The notes under the pieces: model-generated
Databases searched by the model: none
Seen by the model: only the letters and a program-made list of their open reading frames with translations
What the model was told of the DNA's origin: nothing
DNA from: Candidatus Cloacimonadales bacterium
GTDB lineage: Bacteria > Cloacimonadota > Cloacimonadia > Cloacimonadales > JAFGVF01
Assembly: GCA_963667035.1 (NCBI GenBank)
Contig: OY762964.1
Location: 1,568,001 to 1,632,000 of the forward strand
Reading direction: 5' to 3'
DNA length: 64,000 bases
Position numbers and translations under genes: made by a program
Shown here: one piece after another, positions 28,817-39,429 of the stretch
Layout: every line of letters starts with the position of its first letter
How positions within the stretch are numbered: position 1 is the stretch's first letter

Positions 28817-29743
28817 TTATCGTAATTTGTTTTGAATAAACGCACATATTCGGTTTTTAGCTTCTGTTGCCTCAGTAAACATATTTGCACATGCAGGATA
28901 GCAGTGAATCATACCATCTCCGATAGTAATATCAACAGAAACACCACTTTCTTTAGCTTTTTGGGCAAATCTTATAGAGTCATCTCTAAGAAGTTCATCA
29001 CTACCAGCATAAATCTGTAATGCAGGGAGTCCACTTAAATCTCCATAAATCGGTGATATTAGGGGATTAGATGGATCTTTCTTACCACAATAATGAACTG
29101 CAAAATCAGTCCATGAATCATGCCATGTGAGGGGATCTTTGTCTATATTTGTTTTCAATGATTCGCTTTTATGGGTAAGGTCTGTCCACGGAGATAGAGT
29201 TACAGCACCGGCAGGTAATTCAATTGCGTCTTTCTTTAGAGCTAAGAGCGTTGCCAGAACGAGTCCACCACCTGCTGAATCACCCATAAAGATAATATCT
29301 TGATGGTTGAATCCGTTACTGAGTAGGTATTGATAAGCTTTTATAGCATCATTAAGTCCATTAGGGAAAGGTTTTTCAGGTGCAAGAGCATAGTTAAACA
29401 CGAGAGCTTTAATGCCACTACCTTTGGTAAATTTGGCTACAATAGCTCTATGAGCCTGAGCATTTCCTATCACATAACCACCACCATGAAAGTAAAGGAT
29501 TGCTTTATTGGAAGGACTATTCCGGGGAGTTAACCATTCAGAATATAATCCATCGATGTCTAGTGGTTCAATCGAAACATTTTTAGGAATCTTACCGAGT
29601 AATCCACTACTTTTTGCCGTTCTTTCCCGAAGTTCTAAAACACCTTTCACAGTTGTGTCAGGTCTTTTACCTTTTAATTTAAATCTGAGTGTACTTGAAA
29701 GACTCAATAGAGAAATAAATAACTTTGCTCTTAATGTTGGCAT
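28817..29743 (-). CDS. Alpha/beta hydrolase (hormone-sensitive lipase-like esterase)
   Basis: HGGGY, GDSAGG. Confidence 0.92.
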   Translation of the reverse strand: MPTLRAKLFISLLSLSSTLRFKLKGKRPDTTVKGVLELRERTAKSSGLLGKIPKNVSIEPLDIDGLYSEWLTPRNSPSNKAILYFHGGGYVIGNAQAHRAIVAKFTKGSGIKALVFNYALAPEKPFPNGLNDAIKAYQYLLSNGFNHQDIIFMGDSAGGGLVLATLLALKKDAIELPAGAVTLSPWTDLTHKSESLKTNIDKDPLTWHDSWTDFAVHYCGKKDPSNPLISPIYGDLSGLPALQIYAGSDELLRDDSIRFAQKAKESGVSVDITIGDGMIHCYPACANMFTEATEAKNRICAFIQNKLR

Positions 29744-30117
29744 TAACTTACCTCTTAATAATCATAGTACTAAGAGTATAAATTGTCCGCTTTAGTCAAG
29801 TCCAAAGTTGATGTTATGAATCACTACTATCGACAGTTTAACTATGACCCTGAGATGACTTTTATCATACAAGGATTTCCTTTAATTGCTTTTTAGCTTG
29901 AACATAGAAATATGGATGAGTGTTTACAAAATACACTTGTAATTAGCATACTAATCCCTTCAAACAAGAAACCTAAAATTATCAATATCTTTGTAGGTCG
30001 CGTTATTGCTAAAACTATTATTGTTGGAAGAGATAAAAGCAGTCGTTAATCGGTACCTTATTTTGTTAGATTCCGGTATCTTGTAAATTTCATTAGACCA
30101 TTTATCAAATCCGTATT

Positions 30118-30216
30118 CTCCCACTGTTTTTCCACTGTGAAGGCACTGCGAACCCGGTGTTTCAGTGCGTGGATAGTGCGTTCGCACTGCCTTCACAGTG
30201 CAAACGCAGTGCGTTG
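30118..30216. repeat. 11-bp-phased inverted repeat tract (CACTG/CAGTG cores)
   Basis: Cores at 30122, 30133, 30144, 30155 and 30163, 30174, 30185, 30196, 30207. Confidence 0.8.
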
Positions 30217-30465
30217 ATTAATCGAGCAATGTAAGGAGGTAGAAGTAGCCAAGAAAAAGCGTAAGTCATTGAAAAACACACTGTGTACGTAATTAAAACA
30301 TGTATAAGTTACTTATCGCTATCAGATTGCAAGTAGACTAATAACGATGTGTCTATACTAACGGAAATCTAACAAAATAAACCTAGAGCTAAATCAAAAA
30401 GCTCAATAGTCTGATTTTTATTGACTTGAAACTATCCGGAGTTAGAAAGTGCTAGTGGAGGATTT

Positions 30466-31380
30466 ATGTTTAATACAAAAACAGAATTTTTATATGTATA
30501 TATGTGTGCCAATGGGTACGATAAAGAAACAATGATTAGAGAGTTGGAAATCACCGAAGAAAAATTCAATGAGTTTGAAGATAAATTCAAAGATCAACTG
30601 GCATATCTGAAATCAAATGAAGAAGAGTCGGCAGGTATTGGTGAGAAGTTTAGACAACTTACAAGCTATCAGTTCAAATCCGTTTCAGACCAACAAAACG
30701 GTAAAAAATCACTTCCCCCCTATAAGATAATCGAAGGAGAATTGATAGAGTTACCTCCGGTTAAAGATTATGTGCCAGAAAATGATAGTTTTACCAGTAT
30801 AAACTTGAGCAGAGTCAGCAGAAGAGATTACTCTGACGAGTCATTGACTTTGAAAGAGCTTTCCTACCTTTTATTACATACACAAGGTATAAGAAAAGAG
30901 CTTAAGAACGAGAGAATCCACATAGGGTTCAGATATGTACCGTCAGCCGGATGTAGACATCCCTTTGAGACATATCTTCAGATTAACAGATGCGAAGGAT
31001 TGAAATCCGGTCTTTATTTCTATCGAGCAGACAAGCATGCCTTAGTGCTACTTGACGATTCAGAAACCACTTCAAGTTTATGCACCGATATGTGCTCAGG
31101 TCAATCAATTGTGAAAACAGCCGCAGTAGTATTTATGTGGACGGCAGTTGCCTATAGAACAACATGGAGATACTGTCAGAGAGGTTATAGATATATATAT
31201 CTGGATGCGGGACATGTCGGACAGAATCTTTACCTTGCCTGTGAAGCTCTTAACCTTGGGGTATGCACTATTGGAGCTTTCTTTGACGAGTTGGCAGTAC
31301 CTTATCTGAAAATTGATAATGATACTGAATTCCTGGTTTATGCCGGTGCAGTTGGTAAAAATAAAGAGGAAAACGAATAG
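30466..31380 (+). CDS. SagB/ThcOx-type nitroreductase family protein
   Basis: RVSRRDY, PSAGCRHPFE, WRYCQRGYRYIYLDAGHVGQN. Confidence 0.9.
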   Translation: MFNTKTEFLYVYMCANGYDKETMIRELEITEEKFNEFEDKFKDQLAYLKSNEEESAGIGEKFRQLTSYQFKSVSDQQNGKKSLPPYKIIEGELIELPPVKDYVPENDSFTSINLSRVSRRDYSDESLTLKELSYLLLHTQGIRKELKNERIHIGFRYVPSAGCRHPFETYLQINRCEGLKSGLYFYRADKHALVLLDDSETTSSLCTDMCSGQSIVKTAAVVFMWTAVAYRTTWRYCQRGYRYIYLDAGHVGQNLYLACEALNLGVCTIGAFFDELAVPYLKIDNDTEFLVYAGAVGKNKEENE

Positions 31381-31381
31381 A

Positions 31382-32746
31382 GTGGGAACAATAAATATTC
31401 TTGATACAAATGTCCTTATTCACAATCCAAATGCTATATTCAGCTTTGGAGAGGATAGGGTCGTTATACCGATGGTAGTAATAGAAGAGATTGACCAATT
31501 CAAGAAGAATCTGGATGAAAAGGGTCGTAATGCAAGACAATTAGGTCGCTATCTTGACAGACTGAGAGAACGAGGCTCACTAAAAGACGGAGTTGTAAAC
31601 GATCAGGGAGGAATTATACAGGTTACTGTTATGAATGACTCCATAACCAGCGCGGAAAATGTGTTCTTCCTTGATAAAAATGATAACCTGATTATCGGAA
31701 CCGCTCTCTATTTCAAAGAGAAATATCCCGAGTCTAAAGTTGTGTTATTATCCAAAGATACCAATGTAAGAATAAAAGCTGATGCTATAGGCATTACATC
31801 AAGCAATTATCAAGATGATTTAATCAACTTTGATGAGATGTATACCGGATTCAGAGAGCTAGAGATAACTCAAAGCCAACTTGGTTTATATCTCACTAAC
31901 GGATTCATCTTTGTTGAAGAAGAGTTTGGTGAGTTCTACCCTAATCAGTTTGTGAAGCTTACGTGTACAAATGAACCCTCCACGGAAGACAGCTATGTGC
32001 TGGGGCGTTATTATAAGCGTGAGAACTCCATAAAAATGCTAAAAAACTATTCCATGGAACAAGATGTGTTTGGAATCACCTCCAGGAATATGGAACAGGT
32101 AATGGCTCTTGACCTCTTACTAGATGATGATGTAAAAATGGTTTCTTTATCAGGTATTGCCGGAACCGGTAAAACATTGATAGCTATGGCAGCGGGATTA
32201 CAGAAAGTTGTGGAAGATGATTTCTACAAGAGGCTTGTAATATCAAGACCAATCTCACCATTAGGTAAGGACTTGGGGTATTTACCGGGTTCAAAAACCG
32301 AGAAGTTTAATCCTTGGATGCAACCGATATACGATAACATGGAAATTTTAATCACAAATCATCAGGATTCTTATCATAAAGATAATGTCAGAGTTTTCGG
32401 TAAGAAAAACATAGGCCTGGATGATTTTCTTGATTTCGGTTTCATTGAACTGGAACCTCTTACCTATATCAGAGGTAGAAACCTTCCTAATCAGTTTATG
32501 ATTATTGATGAAGCTCAAAATCTTACTCCTCATGAAATGAAAACAATTATTACCAGAGCCGGAGAGGGAACCAAAATTGTGCTTACCGGTGATCCCTATC
32601 AAATAGATATGCCTTATCTTGATTCTCAGAGCAACGGATTAAGTAGAGTGGTAGAATTACTAAAGAACGAGGAACTCGTAGGCCATGTTACTCTCCAGAA
32701 AGGTGAACGCTCTAAACTTGCAGAGATGGCTGCTAAATACTTCTAA
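31382..32746 (+). CDS. PIN-domain PhoH-like ATPase (PhoH2/YlaK type)
   Basis: ILDTNVL PIN start, Walker A GIAGTGKT, YIRGR, IIDEAQN; probable GTG start at 31382. Confidence 0.92.
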   Translation: MGTINILDTNVLIHNPNAIFSFGEDRVVIPMVVIEEIDQFKKNLDEKGRNARQLGRYLDRLRERGSLKDGVVNDQGGIIQVTVMNDSITSAENVFFLDKNDNLIIGTALYFKEKYPESKVVLLSKDTNVRIKADAIGITSSNYQDDLINFDEMYTGFRELEITQSQLGLYLTNGFIFVEEEFGEFYPNQFVKLTCTNEPSTEDSYVLGRYYKRENSIKMLKNYSMEQDVFGITSRNMEQVMALDLLLDDDVKMVSLSGIAGTGKTLIAMAAGLQKVVEDDFYKRLVISRPISPLGKDLGYLPGSKTEKFNPWMQPIYDNMEILITNHQDSYHKDNVRVFGKKNIGLDDFLDFGFIELEPLTYIRGRNLPNQFMIIDEAQNLTPHEMKTIITRAGEGTKIVLTGDPYQIDMPYLDSQSNGLSRVVELLKNEELVGHVTLQKGERSKLAEMAAKYF

Positions 32747-34644
32747 TGAGTAAACATATAACAGATAGAACCTGGGTTGAGATTGACCTTGATCATTATC
32801 ATCATAATCTTAATGAATTGAAACGCTACATTCCGGATGGAACAGATTTCCTACAGATTGTCAAAGCCGATGCTTACGGTCATTCTGCATGGAATATTGC
32901 TATAGAAGCCGAGAAAGGCGGTACAGTGATGTTGGGAGTTGCAAACACCGATGAAGCTTCAATTCTTAGATATCAAGGTTGTGATCTCCCGATATTGGTT
33001 CTATCTCCTATAAATCCCAATGAAATTAATCTGGTAATCAAAGATAATCTTATTCCTGCTATAAGCGATTTGGAAACAGCTGTGTTGCTTTCCGAGCATG
33101 CATGTTCCGAGAATGTTAACTGTAAAATACATATTAATATTGATACAGGGATGAACAGAAGTGGTTATAGATGGGATAAAGCAATTGATTTTATAACTAA
33201 AGTTAATGAATTGCCTAATATTGAAATAGAAGGATTATTCTCCCATTTCGCAGGTAGTGAAAACGACGAATCATTTACCGAGTTGCAAGCGGAGAGATTT
33301 ACCTCTATTATTAATAAACTCAACTTTAAGCCAAAATACATCCATCAAGCAAACAGCTCCGCTATTGTCAATACTACTCTCACAAACTGCAACTTAGTGA
33401 GACTTGGTATTCTTACTTTTGGTGTTTACACTGATGAATCCCAAAAAGAGCATCTTGACTTGAAACCGGTACTTAGCTTTAAAACTAGAATTACCCAAGT
33501 ACATTCCGCTTTGAAAGGTGAAAGTATTGGCTATAATAGAACCTACACAACATGTAGAGATACTCGGTATGCCATTCTTCCTCTAGGCTATGCAGATGGA
33601 TATGATTTCCTTCTGTCAAATTCAGGTCAGGTAGAAATAGATAACCTCCTCTACCCTATCATAGGTAAAATCAGTATGGATATGATAGCTATTGATGTTA
33701 CCGATTACAAGGGTACTCTTATAGGTAAGGAAGTAACTCTGATTGGAGGTAAATTAGAAGAACTAAGAGCTGAAAACCTAGTGCGTAAATACAATGGGCT
33801 TAGCTATGAGTTACTCTGCCAAGTCGGTCGAAGAGCCAGGAGATATTTCAAAAAAGACGGTATGATTATAGATTCCGCCCCACTTATGAGAAGAGGATTC
33901 TATAGCCATGACTTTAACAACAAATCCCTGAATACGATTATCGAATCAGCTCTTCGGGAAAGACTTGAAGGAAGTGAGATTTCCGAGATGCTGTATAAAA
34001 GTATCTTAAAAGACCTCTTTTTTAGACATGATCACGACTTCTCTTACAAAAAGAACTTTGAGCATATAGTTGAGTTCTTTGACGATGATGAGAAAGATGG
34101 ATACTATAGAATCGAAACCGGTCTTACTTTTAAAAAGACTCTACTTCATCACGAATTAGTAGTTGTATGTACTGAGAAAGAAACCGATTTGCAGAAATAC
34201 TTTCTTAGTCCGGAAGTTGTTTACAGATGGTTCCTTGATGAAGGATTAGCAATTGATGAAGAATCATTTAAGTTACTGGAGGTTTCGGTTAATGGAGTTA
34301 GGCTTAATCCGGAATTAGTTTCCGGATTAGGAGAGAATAAGTATATTTGCAAACATGATAATCTGAATGATATGATTGGTCAGGAAGTTGAATTCTTAGT
34401 TAAAACTTCAACTTATTATCCTAAATCACATAAGCAGTTCTCTGTTTATATAGCTGAGTTAACCCAGGGGGTTAAGACCATATTAAGGTTTAAAGGTAAA
34501 TGTGAGGAGATGGAAGTTGTTACTGTATTCTCAGGACAGAACAGATATCCAGAGATAAAGAAAACTATGGATGAGATTGAAGTTAGTACTGAAACAGATG
34601 ATTGGATATTTCCAACCAGCGGATTAATCTTCGTTTATAACTAA
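32746..34644 (+). CDS. alr: Alanine racemase with about 250-aa C-terminal extension
   Basis: VKADAYGH (PLP lysine), DTGMNRSG, GYADG, SMD. Confidence 0.92.
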   Translation: MSKHITDRTWVEIDLDHYHHNLNELKRYIPDGTDFLQIVKADAYGHSAWNIAIEAEKGGTVMLGVANTDEASILRYQGCDLPILVLSPINPNEINLVIKDNLIPAISDLETAVLLSEHACSENVNCKIHINIDTGMNRSGYRWDKAIDFITKVNELPNIEIEGLFSHFAGSENDESFTELQAERFTSIINKLNFKPKYIHQANSSAIVNTTLTNCNLVRLGILTFGVYTDESQKEHLDLKPVLSFKTRITQVHSALKGESIGYNRTYTTCRDTRYAILPLGYADGYDFLLSNSGQVEIDNLLYPIIGKISMDMIAIDVTDYKGTLIGKEVTLIGGKLEELRAENLVRKYNGLSYELLCQVGRRARRYFKKDGMIIDSAPLMRRGFYSHDFNNKSLNTIIESALRERLEGSEISEMLYKSILKDLFFRHDHDFSYKKNFEHIVEFFDDDEKDGYYRIETGLTFKKTLLHHELVVVCTEKETDLQKYFLSPEVVYRWFLDEGLAIDEESFKLLEVSVNGVRLNPELVSGLGENKYICKHDNLNDMIGQEVEFLVKTSTYYPKSHKQFSVYIAELTQGVKTILRFKGKCEEMEVVTVFSGQNRYPEIKKTMDEIEVSTETDDWIFPTSGLIFVYN

Positions 34645-35831
34645 TACTGTCCTAACAGCCAAGCACCAATAGTATCGGGGAAGAAAACAAGTAATAGAAC
34701 CATTAAAACAAAAGCTAACCCTGCAAGAGTAATAACTCTCTTATATCCTGCCGACAATTCCATATATTTGTTCTTATAAAAAGCTATCTCCAGTTTATTT
34801 TTAACACTATCATCCTTAAGTATGTTAGGCTCAGACTTATCGTTCTTAACTTCTACCAGCTCAACTACAGCTTTCTGATCCTGTTCTTTAGTATTAAGAA
34901 CAGGCTTATCCGTAGCCTTATCTTCTACTTGTTTCTCAACAGATTGCTTAGTTTCCATGTGCCACTTCTTTGTCGGTATCTCAATATTCTCAGCTTTATG
35001 AGTATCAAAAAGCTCTTCTCTCATGAAGAGAAAGTTGTTAAGTATAGTAATCAGATTAAATGGCTGATTGTAGCGTTCAGCAGGATCATAAGCCAATAAC
35101 TTTTGAAGCATTGTAGCTATCTCGTGAGTATGATTCTCAGCCTTTGAGAATTGTGGCTTCTTAACATTCTCATATAACTCTACCAGATTGTTTCCCTTGT
35201 CATAAGGTAGTTTTCCAAAAAGTATCTGATGCATTATCAAACCGAGACTATATAAGTCGCTCTTTATAACCGGTTGATTCTTCTGCTTGAAAAGCTCAGG
35301 AGCTCTGTAGAGATAGAAATCATTAAGGATCTCGTTCTTCATGTATGGTACAAGTAACTCACGCCAATGGAAATTCATAATCTTAACTTTCTTATTGGTA
35401 TCTATGATTATGTCATCAGGAGTCAGGTTACCGTTAATTAATCCGTGCATGTGGGCATCGTGCAAAGCCTGACAGATATCTTTGATAATGCCAAGAGCCT
35501 TCTTTTGACTAAACTTATTGTAGTCCTTTAATACATCTGAAAGAAACTCACCGTCCGAGTAACTGAATATGAGGCAAATACGTTCATCATATATAATCAT
35601 GCTGTTTAGTGTTAAAACACTCTCATGATGCAACTTTACTTGCTTTTTAGCTTCTTCCATAAGTGAAAGACTAAGCTCTTCAGTAAGAGATTTATCCGAA
35701 AACACTCTAATGAATACTTTGGAATCAAGAATCTGATCCTTTGCTATATATAATTCACCCAAGTAATCGCTTTTAACAAATCTGATTATCTTAAAATCTT
35801 TAATTTCGTAGTTTGCCCGATATAGACTCAT
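34641..35831 (-). CDS. Membrane-anchored Hanks-type Ser/Thr kinase-like protein, probably a pseudokinase
   Basis: YRAPE and SDLYSLG retained; HRD, DFG, VAIK and Gly-loop degenerate; C-terminal TM helix. Confidence 0.75.
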   Translation of the reverse strand: MSLYRANYEIKDFKIIRFVKSDYLGELYIAKDQILDSKVFIRVFSDKSLTEELSLSLMEEAKKQVKLHHESVLTLNSMIIYDERICLIFSYSDGEFLSDVLKDYNKFSQKKALGIIKDICQALHDAHMHGLINGNLTPDDIIIDTNKKVKIMNFHWRELLVPYMKNEILNDFYLYRAPELFKQKNQPVIKSDLYSLGLIMHQILFGKLPYDKGNNLVELYENVKKPQFSKAENHTHEIATMLQKLLAYDPAERYNQPFNLITILNNFLFMREELFDTHKAENIEIPTKKWHMETKQSVEKQVEDKATDKPVLNTKEQDQKAVVELVEVKNDKSEPNILKDDSVKNKLEIAFYKNKYMELSAGYKRVITLAGLAFVLMVLLLVFFPDTIGAWLLGQY

Positions 35832-35837
35832 GTTACC

Positions 35838-37124
35838 TTAAACCTTTTCTCCGATTAAAGTTCCGCTTGTTGCATCAGTAATTCTGACATTTACAAATTT
35901 GCCTATTAGAGACTTATCCCCTTTAAACACAGCTATTTTGAAATCCTCAGTTTTCCCTGAGACATCTTCATCAGATTTTCTGCTGATATTTTCTACATAA
36001 ACTTCTTTGATAGAACCAATCTGTTCTCTGTATTTTTGTAAAGTAATTTCCCTTTGCATTTCAATAATCTCTTTCAAACGGTCCAGTCTAGTTTCTTCAG
36101 GAATTTGATTAGTGTATTGAGCAGCTTTTGTTCCTGTTCTTGGAGAATACTTGTACATGAAGGCATAATCATACCCGACTTTCTCCATTAATCTATATGT
36201 TTTCATGTACTGTTCGTGAGTTTCTCCGGGAAAACCAACAATGATGTCCGTGGTAAGTCCAATATTAGGCATCGCTTCTTTGAGCTTCTTTATAATTGTG
36301 TAGTAATGCTCTGAAGTATAACCTCTATTCATCATTCTTAGAATATCATCATCTCCGCTTTGCATAGGTAAATGTAAGTGTTTGCAAATCTTACTTTCTT
36401 CTGCCATGACCTTTATCAGATCGTCGGAAAGATCTTTTGGATGAGATGTAACAAATCTAAGCCTTTTGATAGTGTCTATTTGACTTACCCGTTTCATTAG
36501 CTCGGGAAATTTGATTCCTTCAAAAGAATAGGAATTAACATTCTGTCCTAAGAGTGTAACATCTTTAAAGCCTTTACGTCCTGCTTCTTCAACTTCAAAC
36601 AGAATCTCGTCAAAGGGTCTTGAACGTTCTCTACCCCTAACATAAGGGACAATGCAATAGGTGCAAAAGTTGTTACAACCCCTCATGATTGTTACAAAAG
36701 CATTGAACTGTCCTCTTCTGGTCGGATAAACATTATGGTATACTTCATTGAAATTAAAGTCGGTTGTAACCTCTAGCTTCTCATTAATAATACGAGGAAT
36801 TTCATGATATTGATCAACACCGACAACAAAATCAACCCCAATATTAAGATTAATCAATTCATCTTGAAGTCGTTGAGCCATGCAACCAATTACACCTATA
36901 AGTAAATCTTGCTTTGTTCTCTTTCTGGATTGTTCATTTGAAATGCGTCCCTTCACTCTATCTTCTGCATGTTGACGAACAGAGCAAGTGTTGAAAAGAA
37001 TAATGTCAGCTTCATCAATTGTCTCGGCTTCGGCAAATCCGGCATCAGTTAGGATAGTTGCTACCAGCTCACTGTCAGATATATTCATCTGACAACCATA
37101 GGTTTCTATAAAAAAATTCTTCAT
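35838..37124 (-). CDS. miaB: tRNA-i6A37 methylthiotransferase
   Basis: TYGCQMN, NTCSVR, GCNNFCTYC, TRAM domain. Confidence 0.96.
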   Translation of the reverse strand: MKNFFIETYGCQMNISDSELVATILTDAGFAEAETIDEADIILFNTCSVRQHAEDRVKGRISNEQSRKRTKQDLLIGVIGCMAQRLQDELINLNIGVDFVVGVDQYHEIPRIINEKLEVTTDFNFNEVYHNVYPTRRGQFNAFVTIMRGCNNFCTYCIVPYVRGRERSRPFDEILFEVEEAGRKGFKDVTLLGQNVNSYSFEGIKFPELMKRVSQIDTIKRLRFVTSHPKDLSDDLIKVMAEESKICKHLHLPMQSGDDDILRMMNRGYTSEHYYTIIKKLKEAMPNIGLTTDIIVGFPGETHEQYMKTYRLMEKVGYDYAFMYKYSPRTGTKAAQYTNQIPEETRLDRLKEIIEMQREITLQKYREQIGSIKEVYVENISRKSDEDVSGKTEDFKIAVFKGDKSLIGKFVNVRITDATSGTLIGEKV

Positions 37125-37126
37125 AT

Positions 37127-38365
37127 CTAATTATCTCCTTCCCAAGCCTTTGCCACAGCAATACCCTCGTCAACATTCACTGTTTGTAAGACAAGAATTC
37201 CTGCAACAAAAAAAACTAACACGGATAAAATTGAGTATCTGATATCTCCGGTTATTCTCTTCATTTCACCAAATAATAAAGGTCCTACTATTGATGATAT
37301 TCTTCCGGCAATTGAATAGAAACCAAAAAATTCAGCTTGTTTGTCTTTTGGAGTTAATCTCGATAACATAGTTCTACTATTGGCTTGAGAAGATCCTATT
37401 GCTATCCCTGCTAAAAGCACAACATACAGAAACTCTGAAGCACTCTTACAGAAGAATGACCATATAACTACAACAATCCAAATTAATAATGAAATATTTA
37501 TTGATGACTTAAGCTTGAATCTATCGGCAAGAACTCCGAATAACCAAGCTCCGGCAACAGAAGTAAACTGAGCAAACATGAATAATTTTATGATATCTTT
37601 AGTGCTCATTCCAAAACGTTCCATACCATATATGGACGTAAAAGCTATCACTGTTGTAATCCCGTCATTATAAATAAAGTAACTAATCAAGTATCTGGTT
37701 AATTGCTTTAAGTTTCTGATACTTCCGAATGATTTTCTGATTCTATTGAAGGCTATTTTAAAGTAGTTAGACCTTTTACTGGGTCTATTTAGTTCTTTTA
37801 CCCAAAAGAAAGCAAAAGCAGAGAAAATGAGAAAGTATAAGGCAACTGACGGGAATACCCAATTTATCAACTTATTGTTTACAAGTATCAAAGAGAAGAC
37901 TAAAGAGATAAGACCGCCAATATAGCCAAGTCCCCATCCCATACCGGATATACGTCCTATTTCTTTATCGCTGGCAATCTCTGGCAAAAAAGAATTGTAA
38001 AAGACATTTGCACTGTGGTACCCAATATTTGCTAATATAAAGAATAGCATTCCTGTAAAAACATCCCCTGCTCTGACAAAATATAGTAGGGATGTGAAGA
38101 TTATGCAAAGATAAGTATTGATAAATAGAAACTTCTTCTTACTTCTTGAATAATCTGCGATTGCACCAAAAATTGGAGCGGAGATAGCAACAAAGAACAT
38201 TGATATCGCTATTGCTCTTCCCCATAAAGCACTACCTACATCACTATTACCTACAACAGCATCAACAAAGTATCTGCTATAAACTACTGTTACAATTATC
38301 GTTGTAAATGCTGAATTGGCAAAATCATATAACATCCAACCCAGAACATTCTTACTCAGTTTCAA
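37127..38365 (-). CDS. MFS transporter (UMF1/Atg22-like)
   Basis: WMLYDFANSAF; multiple TM helices. Confidence 0.88.
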   Translation of the reverse strand: MKLSKNVLGWMLYDFANSAFTTIIVTVVYSRYFVDAVVGNSDVGSALWGRAIAISMFFVAISAPIFGAIADYSRSKKKFLFINTYLCIIFTSLLYFVRAGDVFTGMLFFILANIGYHSANVFYNSFLPEIASDKEIGRISGMGWGLGYIGGLISLVFSLILVNNKLINWVFPSVALYFLIFSAFAFFWVKELNRPSKRSNYFKIAFNRIRKSFGSIRNLKQLTRYLISYFIYNDGITTVIAFTSIYGMERFGMSTKDIIKLFMFAQFTSVAGAWLFGVLADRFKLKSSINISLLIWIVVVIWSFFCKSASEFLYVVLLAGIAIGSSQANSRTMLSRLTPKDKQAEFFGFYSIAGRISSIVGPLLFGEMKRITGDIRYSILSVLVFFVAGILVLQTVNVDEGIAVAKAWEGDN

Positions 38366-39428
38366 TTATATATCCGTCCTTAAGTACTATTTTAGGGAGA
38401 TTGAATGCTTCATATTCCTGAGCATTCGGTGTGGCAATGAAAACCTGATGCTCAGAGCCTACCAGTTCAATAATCTTTGTAGTTCGCTTCTCATCAAGTT
38501 CAGAAAGTATATCGTCAAATATAAGAATAGGAAATGACTTGGACTGCTCTCTGATTAGCTTAGCTTGTGCTAACTTCATAGAGATTGCTATGGACCTCTT
38601 CTGACCTTGAGAGGCAAATTCTTTAGCAAATCTGTCATCTAGACGTATAATAACATCATCAAGATGTGGTCCAAATATCGTGTGACCTTGTTCAACTTCC
38701 CGTTTTTCCTTCTCATAAAGAAACTCAGCTAGCTCATTCTGATTCATGTCTATAGGCAAAGTACTCTTGTAGCATAAAGTTAACTGCTCTTTGCTATCGG
38801 TTAAGGCTTCGCAAATCTGCTTACTTACAAACTCCAATCTGCGACAATACTCCATTCTTCTTTTAATAATTTCATTAGCATTTGTGTATAGTTTAGTATC
38901 CCAGATTCTTTTAAGCTTATCATCAAACTCAGATTTCAACAAGGCATTACGTTGTTGCAATATCTTTTGATACTCCCTTAGTAGATGTAAGTACTCCCAG
39001 TCATTCTGTGAACAACTGGTATCAATAAAATTACGCCTGATTCGAGGTGTATTGTTAACAAGTCCGATATCATCGGGAGAGAAGTAAACAATTTTCACAT
39101 GCTTGTATAATTCACTTAGTTTACTAATCGGACGATTGTTTAGCTTAACAGACTTAGAGTTTTGCTGAAAACTAATCTCAAAAGAAAGGGCTTCACCGTC
39201 ATCGGAGAAGCCTGTTTTATTATAAAAAAATTGAGATTCGAAACTAACTAAGTCCTGATCAGAGAAGTTTCTCACCGACCTTCCGAAAGCAGAGTAAGCA
39301 ATAGCTTCTAATAAGTTAGACTTACCACTTCCGTTATCACCTGAAATCAAGCAACCTTTAGGGTTGAATTCAATATTTAATCTAGAGAAATTCCTGAAGT
39401 TTACAAGGTTTAGACTTGTAACTTTCAA
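38352..39428 (-). CDS. recF: DNA replication and repair protein RecF
   Basis: NFRN, GDNGSGKSNLLEAI, GPHLDD, SQGQ, DDILSELD. Confidence 0.95.
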   Translation of the reverse strand: MKVTSLNLVNFRNFSRLNIEFNPKGCLISGDNGSGKSNLLEAIAYSAFGRSVRNFSDQDLVSFESQFFYNKTGFSDDGEALSFEISFQQNSKSVKLNNRPISKLSELYKHVKIVYFSPDDIGLVNNTPRIRRNFIDTSCSQNDWEYLHLLREYQKILQQRNALLKSEFDDKLKRIWDTKLYTNANEIIKRRMEYCRRLEFVSKQICEALTDSKEQLTLCYKSTLPIDMNQNELAEFLYEKEKREVEQGHTIFGPHLDDVIIRLDDRFAKEFASQGQKRSIAISMKLAQAKLIREQSKSFPILIFDDILSELDEKRTTKIIELVGSEHQVFIATPNAQEYEAFNLPKIVLKDGYIIETE

Positions 39429-39429
39429 T

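Noticed and set aside
29960..30196. 78-aa ORF
   Set aside because: It begins inside the 11-bp phased repeat, with no RBS or recognisable motif; probably spurious
14121..31380. RiPP (azole-peptide) cluster from TldD/PmbA plus SagB-like oxidase
   Set aside because: The genes are about 14 kb apart, there is no YcaO or precursor peptide, and both families commonly occur alone
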